From contig CAVWQZ010000012.1 in NCBI GenBank assembly GCA_963757295.1, positions 73,953-137,952 of the forward strand: a stretch of 64,000 nucleotides of DNA, written 5' to 3'. The translations under genes were made by a program, and so were the position numbers. Below the pieces are notes generated by a model that worked only from the letters and a program-made list of their open reading frames with translations, searched no databases and was not told where the DNA came from. The stretch's first letter is position 1. Each line of letters begins with the position of its first letter. This document shows, piece after piece, positions 23,711 to 34,959 of the stretch. This DNA comes from an uncultured Actinomycetota bacterium. Lineage in GTDB: Bacteria; Actinomycetota; Actinomycetes; JACCUZ01.

Positions 23711-25520
23711 ATGACCCGTCCGCCCGGCACCGTGGACAGCCCACCGCTGGCCCGGCCGCGACTGGTCGAGGGCGTGACGCTGCTGGGTGAGTACGCCAGC
23801 TCTGGCTACGAGGACCCGCCGCATCTTGCTCGGCGTGCGGACGGGACGGTCGTCCAGCTGCACCCGGTCGTCTTCGCCGTCGCCGAGTCGATGGACGGTG
23901 AGCGCGACCTCGACGAGATCGCCGCCGCAGCGAGCGAGCGCACGCAACGCCGGCCTCGACGCGGCGAACGTCGAGCGCATCATCGACAGCAAGCTGCGCA
24001 GCACCGGGCTGGCCACCACGGCCGACGGTGCCGACCCGGAGATTGCGCCCAGCGATCCCTTCCTCGCGTTGCGGATGCGTGCCGGTGTCATCCCGGAGCG
24101 CATGGTCAACGCCATCACCCGACTGTTCACACCGCTCTTCGCGACCTGGGTCGTCGTCGTCGTGCTCGCCGCGCTCGTGGTCGTTCGACATCTGGCTCTT
24201 CTTCATCCACGGCATCGGGCAGAGCGCCCGCTCGACGGTCTACCAGCCGCAGCTGTTCCTGGTGGTGCTCGGCCTGATGCTGGCCGGCTGCCGCCTTCCA
24301 CGAGACGGGGCACGCCAGCGGCCTGCGAGCCAGTGGCGGGACACCCCGGCAAGATGGGCGCCGGCGTCTACATCGCCTGGCCGGCCTTCTACACCGACGT
24401 CACCGACGCCTACCGGCTCCCGCGGGCCGGCCGGCTTCGCACCGACCTCGGCGGCATCTACTTCAACGGCCTGTTCGTCCTGGCCGTCGGCGCCGCCTAC
24501 CTCGCCACCGGATTCGCGCCGCTGCTGCTCGTCGCCTTCCTGCTCCAGATCGAGGTGGTCCACCAGCTGCTGCCGCTGCTGCGCCTCGACGGCTACTACG
24601 TCCTCGCCGACCTCGTCGGGGTTCCCGATCTCTTCCGACGGGTCGGTCCGGTGCTCAAGTCGGCCATCCCGGGGCGACCGCACGACCCGACGGTCGAGGC
24701 GCTGACTCCCAAGGCCCGGCGCATCGTGGTGACCTGGGTGCTCGTTCTGGTGCCGTTCCTGCTGTTCAACATGACGCTCATCGTCATCTCGTTGCCGAAG
24801 CTGGTGGCGACGGCCTGGGACTCCGCCGTGCGGCTGGTCGGCACCTGGGGCGACGCGTCCCAGCTCGAGCGGGTGGTTGTCGTCGTACAGCTGATGACGC
24901 TTGCCATCCCGATCCTCGGCCTCACCATGGCGCTGTTCGGCGCAGCTCGCCGGGCCCTCACCGCCCTGCGCACGTGGAGCGAGGGCTCCGCGCGGCGCCG
25001 CGGTCTCGTTGTCAGTGGCCTGGCTGCCCTCGCCGTTGTGCTGGCGCTGGTGTGGTGGCCCGACGGCGCGTGGCGGCCCTACGACAAGGACGACAAGGGG
25101 ACCATCCAGGAAACCGTCTACCAGGTGGTGCCGGTCGGGAAGGGAACCCCGCTCTTCCGCAATCTCTTCGGCGGGGACGGCGACGGCTCCGGAACCGGGG
25201 ATGCGCCGGCGGGCGGCCCGCAGGCGCCGCCCGGATCCTCGACCGGTAGCGGCGGCGGCGTGCTCCCGACCGGCGTCCCCGGCGGGTTGCCGACCGGTCA
25301 GCTCCCCGGCGTAGACGATCTTCCCGAGCCGGCCGCAACCGTCGAACGCGGCGTCGACCCGCCCGATCCCCGGCGGCGTTCCGGTGCCCGGCGCAACCGC
25401 GTCGGGGCAGGCATCGGCCCCGACCAGCACCAGTTCACCGCAGCCGAGCGCGACCGCGTCCGTCGATCCGACCCCGCCGGTGTCGCCGACGCCGTGACCA
25501 TCCGGCGCGCCGGTGCTTGA
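23711..25520 (+). CDS. Membrane zinc metalloprotease, M50/YydH-like, with N-terminal PqqD/RRE-like domain (at least 4 frame breaks)
   Basis: GGAGGAG lies 7 nt before ATG 23711. The N-terminal domain reads [61 protein letters not shown]...[21 protein letters not shown] helices follow. HExxH appears as AAFHETGHA (about 24292-24320), then [36 protein letters not shown] and [13 protein letters not shown]. The tail is Gly/Pro/Ser-rich. Hand-offs lie near 23940, 24185, 24290 and 24345. The 3' end could be TGA 25495-25497 in another frame. Confidence 0.7.
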
Positions 25521-25551
25521 TTCGGCAACCAGGTGTGCGCAGGGTGGACCC

Positions 25552-26502
25552 GTGCGCGACGCGGCGGGAGCACGGGCAGTGGCAACGCCGCTGCCGCCGA
25601 TGTTCCGGTCCGCCCTCGTCGACTACGAACGCCATCTCCGGTCGGTGCGGGGGTTGTCGCCCCACTCGGTGCGCGCCTACCTGGCCGACGCCACCAGCCT
25701 GCTCGACCACGCCGCCCGGATGGGCCGCGACCAGGTGGCGGTCCTGGACCTGCCGGTGCTGCGCAGCTGGCTGGCCAGGCTCTCCGCGTCGGGGCAGGCC
25801 CGGTCCAGCATGGCGAGACGGGCGGCCGCGGCCCGCAGCTTCACCGGCTGGGCCCGGCGCGACGGCCTGGCCGACGCCGATGCGGGCGCGCTGCTGGCGA
25901 CCCCCAAGGCGGTCCGCCACCTGCCCGGAGTGCTCCGCCAGGACGAGGCCGTCGCGCTTCTCGACGTGGCCGGCGTCGCCGCCGACGACGGCAGCGCGAC
26001 CGGTCTGCGCGACGTGGCCATGCTGGAGGTGCTCTACGCCAGCGGCATCCGGGTCGGCGAGCTGTGCGGCCTCGATCTCGGCGACATCGACCGCGCCCGC
26101 CTGCTGCTGCGGGTCGTCGGCAAGGGCGACAAGGAGCGGGTCGTCCCGCTCGGTCAGCCCGCCCTGCGTGCCGTCGACGCCTGGCTCGCCGGGGGACGGC
26201 CGGAGCTGGCGAGCGACCGCAGCGGCGCGGCGCTCTTCCTCGGAGCGCGGGGTGGCCGGGTCGACCCCCGGACCGTCCGGCGGACCGTGCACGAGCTGCT
26301 CGCGCACGTGCCCGGAGCCCCTGACCTGGGCCCGCACGGCCTCCGCCATTCGGCTGCAACCCACCTACTGGAAGGTGGAGCCGATCTGAGAAGCGTTCAA
26401 GAACTGCTCGGTCACGCTACGCTCGCAACGACGCAGATCTATACCCATGTGTCCGTCGACCGGCTGAAGGCAACCTATGACCAAGCGCACCCCAGAGCCT
26501 GA
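25552..26502 (+). CDS. xerC: Tyrosine recombinase XerC
   Basis: Core-binding region [26 protein letters not shown]. Catalytic residues in [48 protein letters not shown]. Intact. The start is uncertain (GTG 25552, ATG 25600; the track gives 25513). Confidence 0.92.
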   Translation: MRDAAGARAVATPLPPMFRSALVDYERHLRSVRGLSPHSVRAYLADATSLLDHAARMGRDQVAVLDLPVLRSWLARLSASGQARSSMARRAAAARSFTGWARRDGLADADAGALLATPKAVRHLPGVLRQDEAVALLDVAGVAADDGSATGLRDVAMLEVLYASGIRVGELCGLDLGDIDRARLLLRVVGKGDKERVVPLGQPALRAVDAWLAGGRPELASDRSGAALFLGARGGRVDPRTVRRTVHELLAHVPGAPDLGPHGLRHSAATHLLEGGADLRSVQELLGHATLATTQIYTHVSVDRLKATYDQAHPRA

Positions 26503-26567
26503 CGACTCGGCCGACGCCGAGACGTCGCGGGGCGCTGCTGCGGGGAAAGACCGGCCGGCGAAGGCGC

Positions 26568-27491
26568 GTGCCGCCAAGGAGCCGCGCCGCGGCGAAGGCC
26601 GCCAAGGCTGCCGCTCCCGCCCCGAAGGCCGTTCCGGCCTCGAAGGCTGCTGCCGCGAAGGCCGGCAAGGGTGGCGTCTCCTCCGGCGACGACCCGGGCG
26701 ACTCGGCCGCTGCCGACAAGAGCGTGGCCGAGGCGGCCCTGCGCGAGCTCTGGGAGTCGTTCAAGAAGACCGGCGAGATGGCCCTGCGCGAGCGCCTGAT
26801 CCTGCACTACTCGCCGCTGGTCAAGTACGTCGCCGGCCGGGTCGGGGTCGGGCTGCCGCCCAACATCGAGCAGGCCGACCTGGTCTCCTACGGGATCTTC
26901 GGCCTGATGGACGCCATCGACAAGTTCGACCTCGAGCGGGCCATCAAGTTCGAGACCTACGCGATCAGCCGCATCCGTGGCGCCATCATCGACGAGCTGC
27001 GCGCGATCGACTGGATCCCGCGCTCGGTCCGCTTCAAGGCCCGTGAGGTCGAGAAGGCCTACGCCAGCCTCGAGGCCCAGCTGCACCGCACCCCGAGCGA
27101 GTCCGAGGTCGCCGCCGAGATGGGCATCGGGCTCGACGACCTCCACCAGATCTTCAGCCAGGTCTCGTTCGTCAACGTCGTCGCGCTCGACGAGCTGCTC
27201 AGCGTCGGGGGCGAGAAGGGCGACAAGCTCAGCCTGGTGGACACCCTCGAGGACCACAAGGCCGAAGACCCGGTGCTGGCCTTCGAGTCCGAGGAGACGA
27301 AGTACCTCCTCGCCAAGGCGATCAACACCTTGCCGGAGCGGGAGAAGATCGTCGTGACCCTCTACTACTACGAGGGCCTCACCCTGGCCGAGATCGGCCA
27401 GGTCCTCGGCGTCACCGAGAGCCGCATCTGCCAGATGCACACCAAGGCGGTCCTCCAGCTGCGCGGGAAGCTCGCGGAGAACCGCGACTAG
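26568..27491 (+). CDS. whiG: FliA/WhiG-family RNA polymerase sigma factor with Ala/Lys/Pro-rich N-terminal extension
   Basis: Motifs [34 protein letters not shown], and the region 4.2 [24 protein letters not shown]. An upstream coding-like frame (ATG 26477, [19 protein letters not shown]...AKARAAKEP) could join after a frame break near 26585. Confidence 0.9.
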   Translation: MPPRSRAAAKAAKAAAPAPKAVPASKAAAAKAGKGGVSSGDDPGDSAAADKSVAEAALRELWESFKKTGEMALRERLILHYSPLVKYVAGRVGVGLPPNIEQADLVSYGIFGLMDAIDKFDLERAIKFETYAISRIRGAIIDELRAIDWIPRSVRFKAREVEKAYASLEAQLHRTPSESEVAAEMGIGLDDLHQIFSQVSFVNVVALDELLSVGGEKGDKLSLVDTLEDHKAEDPVLAFESEETKYLLAKAINTLPEREKIVVTLYYYEGLTLAEIGQVLGVTESRICQMHTKAVLQLRGKLAENRD

Positions 27492-27508
27492 CTCCCTGGT
27501 CGCCGCAC

Positions 27509-28057
27509 CTAGTCGCGCCCGGTGCGGTCCAGCTCGATCACCAGGTCCTCGAGGCGGTTCATCGAGATCTGCATGCCGCCCTCCATGCCGGACGCGATGT
27601 GGGCGTCGCGGTGCTCCGGCTTGGCGTGCGCGACGAGGACGGTCATCGTCGTGACCCCGTCACTCTCGTCGAAGGTGATCGTGTTGACCGCGCCGGCCTC
27701 GTCGCCGGGCGCGTCCGGGTCGGAGAAGCCCTCGTACACCTCGGTCGAGACGATGCGGTGCGGTGCGTCGATCGTGCGGAACTCGCCGTGGAAGCCGACC
27801 TCGAAGGGCTCGGCGTCGACGGTCTCGCGGGTGACGTAGCGCCAGGTGCCGCCCTCGCGCAGGTCGATCTCGCACACCAGCCACTCCGAGGTCTCGAAGC
27901 CCCACCAGCGGCGGACCAGCTCGGGCGTGGTCCAGGCCGTGAAGACGAGAGCGGCGGGAGCGTCGAACTGGCGGGTGATCACGATCTCGCGGTCGGACTG
28001 CAGCGTGACCGTGGCGGTGCCGTGCCGGTCGGTGGTGTTCCGGTCGGTGGTGTTCAT
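27509..28057 (-). CDS. SRPBCC / Aha1-like domain protein
   Basis: Reads ITRQFDAPAALVFTAWTTPELVRRWWG, with GGTWRYV and FHGEFRTIDAPHRIV. This is typical of the Aha1/START-like SRPBCC fold found downstream of ArsR regulators. Confidence 0.8.
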   Translation of the reverse strand: MNTTDRNTTDRHGTATVTLQSDREIVITRQFDAPAALVFTAWTTPELVRRWWGFETSEWLVCEIDLREGGTWRYVTRETVDAEPFEVGFHGEFRTIDAPHRIVSTEVYEGFSDPDAPGDEAGAVNTITFDESDGVTTMTVLVAHAKPEHRDAHIASGMEGGMQISMNRLEDLVIELDRTGRD

Positions 28058-28406
28058 GAGGGTCCTCCTGGGACGTGAGCTCGGCGAGCAGGTCGTCGAG
28101 GCGGTCGAGACGGGTGTTCCAGGTGCGCTCGAACGAGCTCACCCAGTCGTGGACGGGCTTCAGGGCCGGACCGTTCACGCGGTACCAGCGATGGCGCCCC
28201 TCGGCGCGGACGAGCACCAGGCCGACCGCCCGCAGCACGCCCAGGTGCTTGGACACCTGGGGCTGGCTGAGGCCGAGCCGGTCGACGAGCTCGCCGACGG
28301 TCACTTCTCCCGCGCCGATGGCGTCCAGGAGATCGCGACGGCTCGCCTCCGCGACGGCGTTGAACGCGTCGGTCGTCGTCGGGGTGCGAGCCATACCGGC
28401 AATCAT
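28054..28406 (-). CDS. ArsR-family transcriptional regulator (3' end unresolved)
   Basis: HTH VGELVDRLGLSQPQVSKHLGVLRAVGLV followed by GRHRWYRV. The track ORF (27660..28406) reads on through the SRPBCC gene as an Arg/His-rich tail. The expected stop at the ATGA overlap (28054-28057) is out of frame, which implies an indel. Confidence 0.8.
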
Positions 28407-28424
28407 ATTCCGATATGGGAATGT
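28405..28424. promoter_or_regulatory. Imperfect palindrome, candidate ArsR operator
   Basis: ATATTCCGATATGGGAATGT has 16 of 20 positions symmetric (TATTCC..GGAATg). It lies in the AT-richer 40-bp gap upstream of arsR. Confidence 0.4.
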
Positions 28425-28446
28425 GTCAACCGTTACCGCTGGTCGC

Positions 28447-29236
28447 TCACATCCGGGTGATCGCCGAGGTCGGGCCCATCACGATCCGCGGCGCCTTCGC
28501 CGGGTCGAGCCAGCGCAGCACCGTCTTCATCTCGGTGTAGGCGATGCTGATGCACCCGGCGGTGCGACCCGCGGGGCCGTTCACGTGCAGGAAGATCCCG
28601 CCGCCCTTGCGCGTGTCGGCGGTCTGGCGGGCGAACCACTGGCCGTGCGCGTAGTAGAGGTCCTTCGGCATGTTGTAGTCGACGACCGCGGCGTAGCGGT
28701 ACTGCCCGCCGTACGACCACAGGTTCTCCGCCCACGACGTGCGCCAGTTCGCGGCTGCCACCCGGCGGGTCTGGTAGACGTTGTACGTGTGCGGGCTGCG
28801 CGGGTCGTAGGGCCACCAGTCGTTGGTGTCGAACTTCCGGTACGGCATCGCGGTGCCGGGGTCGCCGTACCTGCCGAAGGCCCGGGTGATCCGGAACGTC
28901 CCGGCCGGCGTCTCGGAGCTGCCCTGCATCCGGGTCGACGCCGGCGCGAAACCGCGTCCGCCGATCCGGGCCTTCATCGGGGCGTACTTCGCGTGCCAGT
29001 CGCCGGCGCTGTCCTTCCAGTAGGTGCGCAGGGTCGCGTAGCTGGTGGACCACGAGCTCGCGGTGACGACGATGACCTGCCGCGCGGTGCCGAGCGCCCG
29101 CAGGTTCGACGGGTGGTACGGCGGGGTCGCCGCGCTCGCGCTGGGCACGAAGGTCAGGGCCAGCAGCAGCGCCAGCAGCCCCGCAACGGCACCCGGGTCG
29201 GCTGGCTCGCACGTGCTCTCCTCGCGACGACGTCAT
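28447..29236 (-). CDS. Secreted L,D-transpeptidase (YkuD-like) (one frame break in signal peptide)
   Basis: Catalytic region GGGIFLHVNGPAGRTAGCISI. The signal peptide AVAGLLALLLALTFVPSASA-ATPP has no start codon in its own frame. ATG 29236 (MTSSR...) joins it after a hand-off near 29194. Confidence 0.8.
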
Positions 29237-29337
29237 TTCACTGGATTTGTCGGTATCGGCAGACTAGGGCTTTATCCGGTCCGCCACGCCGAGCCCTGCG
29301 ACGGAGCGCGCGCCCGAGTCGCCCGTACGCTCGCGAC

Positions 29338-30540
29338 ATGCCTGCTGACCCGCGTCTCGCGCCCCCGGACGTGGCCGAGCTCAACCCGCTCTGGGGCGAG
29401 GACTGGGCCGACGTGCGCGCGCTGTGGCCCCTGGAGGCCACCGTCGCGCACCTCAACCACGGCTCGTTCGGCGCGGTGCCGACACCCGTTCTCGAGGAGC
29501 AGCAGTCCTGGCGGGACCGGATGGAGGCCAACCCGGTCCGCTTCTTCGCTCGCGAGCTGGACGGCGCCCTGGACCAGGCGCGGGGGGAGGTGGCCCAGTT
29601 CTTCGGCGTCGAGGACGACGCTCTCGCCTTCGTGCCCAACGTCACCACCGCCGTCAGCACGGTGCTGTCCTGCCTGCCGCTCACCTCCGGCGACCAGGTG
29701 CTGATGACCGACCACACCTACGGCGCGATCCGGATCGCGGTGACGCGCTGGGCCGAGGCTGCCCGCGCCGAGGTGGTCACCGTGCACGTGCCCCTCGCGG
29801 CAGACGAGGACGAGCTGTGCGGGCTGCTGACCGAGGCGGTCACCGAGCGCACCCGGCTGGCGGTCCTGGACCACGTCACGTCGCCGACCGCCCGCCGGCT
29901 GCCGCTGGTGCGGTTGGTCCCCGAGCTGCAGAGCCGCGGCCTGGCGGTGCTCGTCGATGGCGCCCATGCTGCCGGGATGCTCGACGTCGACCTGGCCGGG
30001 GTCGGCGCCGACTTCTGGACCGGCAACCTGCACAAGTGGTGCTGCGCGCCGCGGGGGACCGCCGTGCTGCACGCGTCGCCGGACCGGCGTGCGCAGCTGC
30101 GGCCGCTGGTGGCCTCGTGGGGGGAGCCGTTCGGGTTCCCGCGGTCCTTCCAGGACGTCGGGACGCAGGACCTCACGGCCTGGCTGTCGGCGCCGAAGGC
30201 GCTGCGCACCCTGGAGCGCCTCGACCTGGCGCGGGTGCGCCGGCACAACGTCGAGCTGGCCGTGGCCGGGCAGCTCGAGGTCGCCCGCGGCCTGGGCCTG
30301 GACCCGGCCGGGCTGCCGCGTGACCCGGCGGTGAGCATGCAGCTCGTGCCCCTCCCGGCCGGGGTCGCGAGCACGCGCGAGGACGCCGAGGCGCTGCAGC
30401 ACCGCATCGGGACCGAGGTCGCGATCGAGGTCGCGGTCACCAGCTGGGCCGGCCAGGGCTTCGTCCGGGTGTCGGCGCACGTCTACAACCGCCCCGCCGA
30501 CTACGCGCTGCTGGCCGCCGAGCTGCCGACCCTGCTCTGA
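29338..30540 (+). CDS. Class-V PLP-dependent enzyme (isopenicillin-N-epimerase-like aminotransferase fold)
   Basis: Motifs HLNHGSFGAVPTPV, DHVTSPTA, VLVDGAHAAGM and TGNLHKWCCAPRG (PLP lysine). Intact. It is only the 3' part of track ORF 28075..30540. Confidence 0.8.
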   Translation: MPADPRLAPPDVAELNPLWGEDWADVRALWPLEATVAHLNHGSFGAVPTPVLEEQQSWRDRMEANPVRFFARELDGALDQARGEVAQFFGVEDDALAFVPNVTTAVSTVLSCLPLTSGDQVLMTDHTYGAIRIAVTRWAEAARAEVVTVHVPLAADEDELCGLLTEAVTERTRLAVLDHVTSPTARRLPLVRLVPELQSRGLAVLVDGAHAAGMLDVDLAGVGADFWTGNLHKWCCAPRGTAVLHASPDRRAQLRPLVASWGEPFGFPRSFQDVGTQDLTAWLSAPKALRTLERLDLARVRRHNVELAVAGQLEVARGLGLDPAGLPRDPAVSMQLVPLPAGVASTREDAEALQHRIGTEVAIEVAVTSWAGQGFVRVSAHVYNRPADYALLAAELPTLL

Positions 30541-31362
30541 GCCCGTCTCCGCCGCGACGCCAGCGCCACCAGCCCGACCAGCCCCGCCGCGGCCGCGAGC
30601 CGGCGGACCGGCCGCGACGCCGGAGGCCAGCCGCCACGGCGGACCCGACGCCGGGGACCTGCTCGTGGCCCGCTGGGTCGATCCGCCGCGCCGGCCATCG
30701 GTCGGCGCAGCGTTCGGTCGAGCGCCGGGCCGTCGCGGGCCGCGGCCCAGACCGGCAGGAGCCGGGCCGGACCGCGGCGCAGGAGCAGCATCGGGTCGAG
30801 GTAGACGTCGCCGCGACGGCGGCCCCAGTGCAGGCAGGCCAGCGGCAAGCAGTGACCGCCGGCGGCGGTGAGCCGGCCGAGGGCATCGCCGGCACGGACC
30901 CGGTCGCCACGCGTCACCGTGGCCGTGACCGGCTCGTAGGTCGTGCGGGTGCCGTCGCCATGGGTGACCACGACGACCCCACGGCCCGCCAGCGGACCGG
31001 CGAACGTCACCGACCCCGCCCCGGCCGCCCGTACGACGGCGCCGTCCCGGGCGAGCAGGTCGACCCCGCGGTGGCCCGCGGCCCAGCGCTGCGGCGGCGG
31101 GTCGAACGCCCGGACCACCCGCGGGGGCCCCGCCAGCGGCCACCGCCCAGTCGGGGGGCGCCTCGCCGGCCGCGGCTGCCGGCCCGGCACCGGACAGGAG
31201 GCCGAGCGCGACCGCGCACGGCGGCAGCTCCCCAGGATGGTCGAGGCACCCGGCCAGCCTCCCGAACGCTTCGGGCGGCGGCGGACTGCGCGACGGTCCG
31301 GTGGACGGCCGGCCGCTGGGCGCGGCTGTGGATTTCGGTCCGCCCGGCCCCCCGTCGTACAC
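30501..31362 (-). CDS. M23-family peptidase (one frame break)
   Basis: Reads [49 protein letters not shown]...[16 protein letters not shown]...LHWG. The signal-like N-terminus [24 protein letters not shown] is in the frame of track ORF 29272..31362. The hand-off is at the G6 run near 31155. Start and end are uncertain. It is divergent from rpsB, as in other actinobacteria. Confidence 0.75.
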
Positions 31363-31591
31363 TCCCTGCAGCGGTCCGCTCCGGTGGGCCGACTTCGCAC
31401 GCCCGCATCCGCCGCCAGTCGCGGCGGGGGCGCGCTCTCAGTCCGCCTCGGCCAGCAGTCCATGGCCTCCGGCGGCACGGCGCGCTCGTCGGGGGTCAGG
31501 CGTGGACGGCCAGCCGGCCGCCCGCGGGAGAACTGAGACAGTGCCTGTCGCCGTCACCGGCCCCGGGCACGCAGGAGAGGCAGGCACGGCC

Positions 31592-32595
31592 ATGGCCGTC
31601 GTCACCATGAAGCAGCTGCTCGAGAGCGGCGTGCACTTCGGGCACCAGACCCGTCGCTGGAACCCCAAGATGAAGCGCTTCATCTTCACCGAGCGCAACG
31701 GCATCTACATCATCGACCTGCAGCAGTCGCTGTCCTACATCGACCGCGCCTACGAGTTCATCAAGGAGACCGTCGCGCACGGCGGCTCGGTGATGTTCGT
31801 CGGCACCAAGAAGCAGGCCCAGGAGACCGTCGCCGAGCAGGCCACCCGCGTCGGCATGCCCTACGTCAACCAGCGCTGGCTCGGCGGCATGCTCACCAAC
31901 TTCCAGACCGTGCACAAGCGGCTGCAGCGCCTCAAGGAGCTCGAGGAGATCGACTTCGACGACGTCGCCGGCTCCGGCATGACCAAGAAGGAGCTGCTCG
32001 TCCTCAAGCGCGAGAAGGACAAGCTCGACAGGACCCTCGGCGGCATCCGCGACATGTCGCCGCATCCCGAGCGCGGTCTGGATCGTCGACACCAAGAAGG
32101 AGCACATCGCCGTCGGCGAGGCCCACAAGCTCGGCATCCCGGTCGTCGCGATCCTGGACACCAACTGCGACCCCGACGAGGTCGACTACAAGATCCCCGG
32201 CAACGACGACGCGATCCGCTCGGTCGACGCTGCTCACCCGGGTGATCGCCGATGCCGTCGCCGACGGGCTGATGGCGCGGGTGCGGATGTCCCAGGACGG
32301 CGACGAGAAGCCGTCGGTCGACGGGCAGCTCGCCACCGACGAGCCGCTGGCCGACTGGGAGCGCGAGCTGCTGGCCGGCGACGCGACGGCCGCGACGCCG
32401 GCACCGTCGGCCGGTCAGGTCGTCGAGGGTGCGGGCACCGAGACCAGCGCGCCGACCAGCGAGGCTGCACCGCCAGCGAGGCGCGCCGACCAGCGAGGCC
32501 GCTGCAGCCGACCAGCGAGGCCGACCGCTGAGCCGACCGCCGAGCCGGCTGCTGAGCCGGCCGCCGAGGCGAACCCCCCGGCCGAGCAGGCCTGA
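31592..32595 (+). CDS. rpsB: 30S ribosomal protein S2 with low-complexity C-terminal tail (at least 2 frame breaks)
   Basis: CAGGAGAGG RBS. Reads [27 protein letters not shown]. After a hand-off near 32060 it reads [55 protein letters not shown]. After a hand-off near 32226 it reads [17 protein letters not shown]. The PTSEA/PTAEP repeat tail probably carries more indels. Confidence 0.93.
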
Positions 32596-32689
32596 CGCCG
32601 CACAGACACCTGGCTCGACGCGGGTGGCCGGACCTCCGGGCACCCGCGCCGGGCTGACGAGAACCACGAGCTACGAGAGAGAGAACACG

Positions 32690-33517
32690 ATGGCGGACAT
32701 CACCGCTGCGGACGTCAAGAAGCTCCGCGACGCGACCGGCGCCGGGATGATGGCGGCCAAGAAGGCGCTCGTCGAGGCCGACGGCGACTTCGACAAGGCC
32801 GTCGAGATCCTGCGCATCAAGGGCGAGACCAAGGTCAAGGAGCGCGGGGCCGAGCGCACCGCCAGCAACGGCCTGGTGGCCGCCGCCGAGGGCGCCATGA
32901 TCGAGCTCAGCTGCGAGACCGACTTCGTCGCCAAGAACGAGCAGTTCCAGCAGCTCGCTGCCGACATCGTGGCGCACGCAGCCAAGACCGGCACCAGCGA
33001 CGTCGCGTCGCTGCTCGCCGAGAAGCTCGCCGACGGCCGGACCGTGCAGGAGAACATCGACTCGGTCGCTGCCGTCATCGGCGAGAAGATCGAGCTCAGC
33101 AACGTCATCGTGCTGGGCGGCGAGGCCCAGGTCGCGTCGTACATGCACCGGCGCAGCTCGGACCTGCCGCCGCAGGTCGGCGTGCTCGTCGAGTTCGAGG
33201 GCGACGACCTCGAGGCCGCCCGGCTGACCGCGATGCAGATCGCGGCGATGCGCCCGCAGTACGTCACGCGGGACGAGGTGCCGGCCGACGTCGTCGAGAA
33301 CGAGCGCCGCATCGCCGAGGCGACCGCGCGCGAGGAGGGCAAGCCCGAGCAGGCGCTGGCCAAGATCGTCGAGGGCCGGGTCAACGGCTTCTTCAAGGAC
33401 GTGGCCCTGCTGGAGCAGTCCTCCGTGCAGGACAGCAAGAAGACGGTCAAGGCCGTCCTCGACGCGGCGGGTGTGTCCGTGCGGCGCTTCGCGCGCTACG
33501 AGGTGGGCTCGAACTGA
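32690..33517 (+). CDS. tsf: Elongation factor Ts
   Basis: Reads [42 protein letters not shown], with [11 protein letters not shown]. Intact. It is the 3' part of track ORF 32429..33517. Confidence 0.95.
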   Translation: MADITAADVKKLRDATGAGMMAAKKALVEADGDFDKAVEILRIKGETKVKERGAERTASNGLVAAAEGAMIELSCETDFVAKNEQFQQLAADIVAHAAKTGTSDVASLLAEKLADGRTVQENIDSVAAVIGEKIELSNVIVLGGEAQVASYMHRRSSDLPPQVGVLVEFEGDDLEAARLTAMQIAAMRPQYVTRDEVPADVVENERRIAEATAREEGKPEQALAKIVEGRVNGFFKDVALLEQSSVQDSKKTVKAVLDAAGVSVRRFARYEVGSN

Positions 33518-33521
33518 TCGG

Positions 33522-34345
<824 letters not shown>

Positions 34346-34390
34346 CCATCCGTTCCGTACGACGCCGACGACTGCTTCCGGGAGCCGACC

Positions 34391-34948
34391 GTGATCGACG
34401 AGACCCTCTTCGAGGCCGAGGAGAAGATGGACAAGGCGCTCTCCGTCGCCAAGGAGGACTTCGCCAGCATCCGCACCGGCCGGGCCAACCCGTCGATGTT
34501 CGCCAAGATCGTGGTCGACTACTACGGCGCACCGACGCCGGTGAACCAGCTCGCCTCGTTCCACGTCGCCGACGCGCGGATGCTCACCCTGACGCCCTAC
34601 GACAAGGGGTCACTGGCCGCCATCGAGAAGGCGATCCGCGACTCCGACCTCGGGGTCAACCCGACCAACGACGGCAACATCATCAGGGTCGTGTTCCCGC
34701 AGCTCACCGAGGAGCGACGCAAGGAGTTCATCAAGGTGGCCCGGCACAAGGCCGAGGACGCCAAGATCTCGATCCGCAACATCCGCCGGCACGCGAAGGA
34801 CGCCCTCGACCGGCTCGTCAAGGACAGCGAGGTCGGCGAGGACGACGCCCGTCGCGCCGAGAAGCAGCTCGAGGACCTCACCCACAAGTACGTCGCGGGC
34901 ATCGACGAGCTGCTGCGGCACAAGGAAGCCGAGCTCCTCGAGGTCTGA
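34391..34948 (+). CDS. frr: Ribosome recycling factor
   Basis: Reads [37 protein letters not shown], with [12 protein letters not shown]. Intact, 185 aa. Confidence 0.96.
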   Translation: MIDETLFEAEEKMDKALSVAKEDFASIRTGRANPSMFAKIVVDYYGAPTPVNQLASFHVADARMLTLTPYDKGSLAAIEKAIRDSDLGVNPTNDGNIIRVVFPQLTEERRKEFIKVARHKAEDAKISIRNIRRHAKDALDRLVKDSEVGEDDARRAEKQLEDLTHKYVAGIDELLRHKEAELLEV

Positions 34949-34959
34949 GGTCCTTCGCC

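Noticed and set aside
21720-24215. An 831-aa antisense ORF, and similar long antisense ORFs elsewhere (10152..12128-, 40893..42731-, 43200..45059-, 8177..10078-, 37386..38876-).
   Set aside because: They have the same low-complexity Arg/Pro/Gly composition and no recognisable motifs. They lie opposite well-supported genes. Only the first few codons of 40893..42731 are used, as the aminotransferase N-terminus.
25513-26502. The tyrosine recombinase as a marker of a prophage or integrative element carrying the peptide/protease module.
   Set aside because: The sequence and context (dprA upstream, whiG/rpsB downstream) fit chromosomal XerC. I saw no flanking att-like direct repeats, tRNA target or phage genes.
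28075-30540. Apparent giant proteins (28075..30540 at 821 aa; 54433..56994 at 853 aa; 6868..9933 at 1021 aa; 37595..39451 at 618 aa).
   Set aside because: These are stop-free read-through in GC-rich DNA, or frames merged by indels. Only the segments with recognisable family motifs were annotated. The 618-aa ORF is a PPOX-family gene and an FAD oxidoreductase joined by a frame break, not a fusion enzyme.
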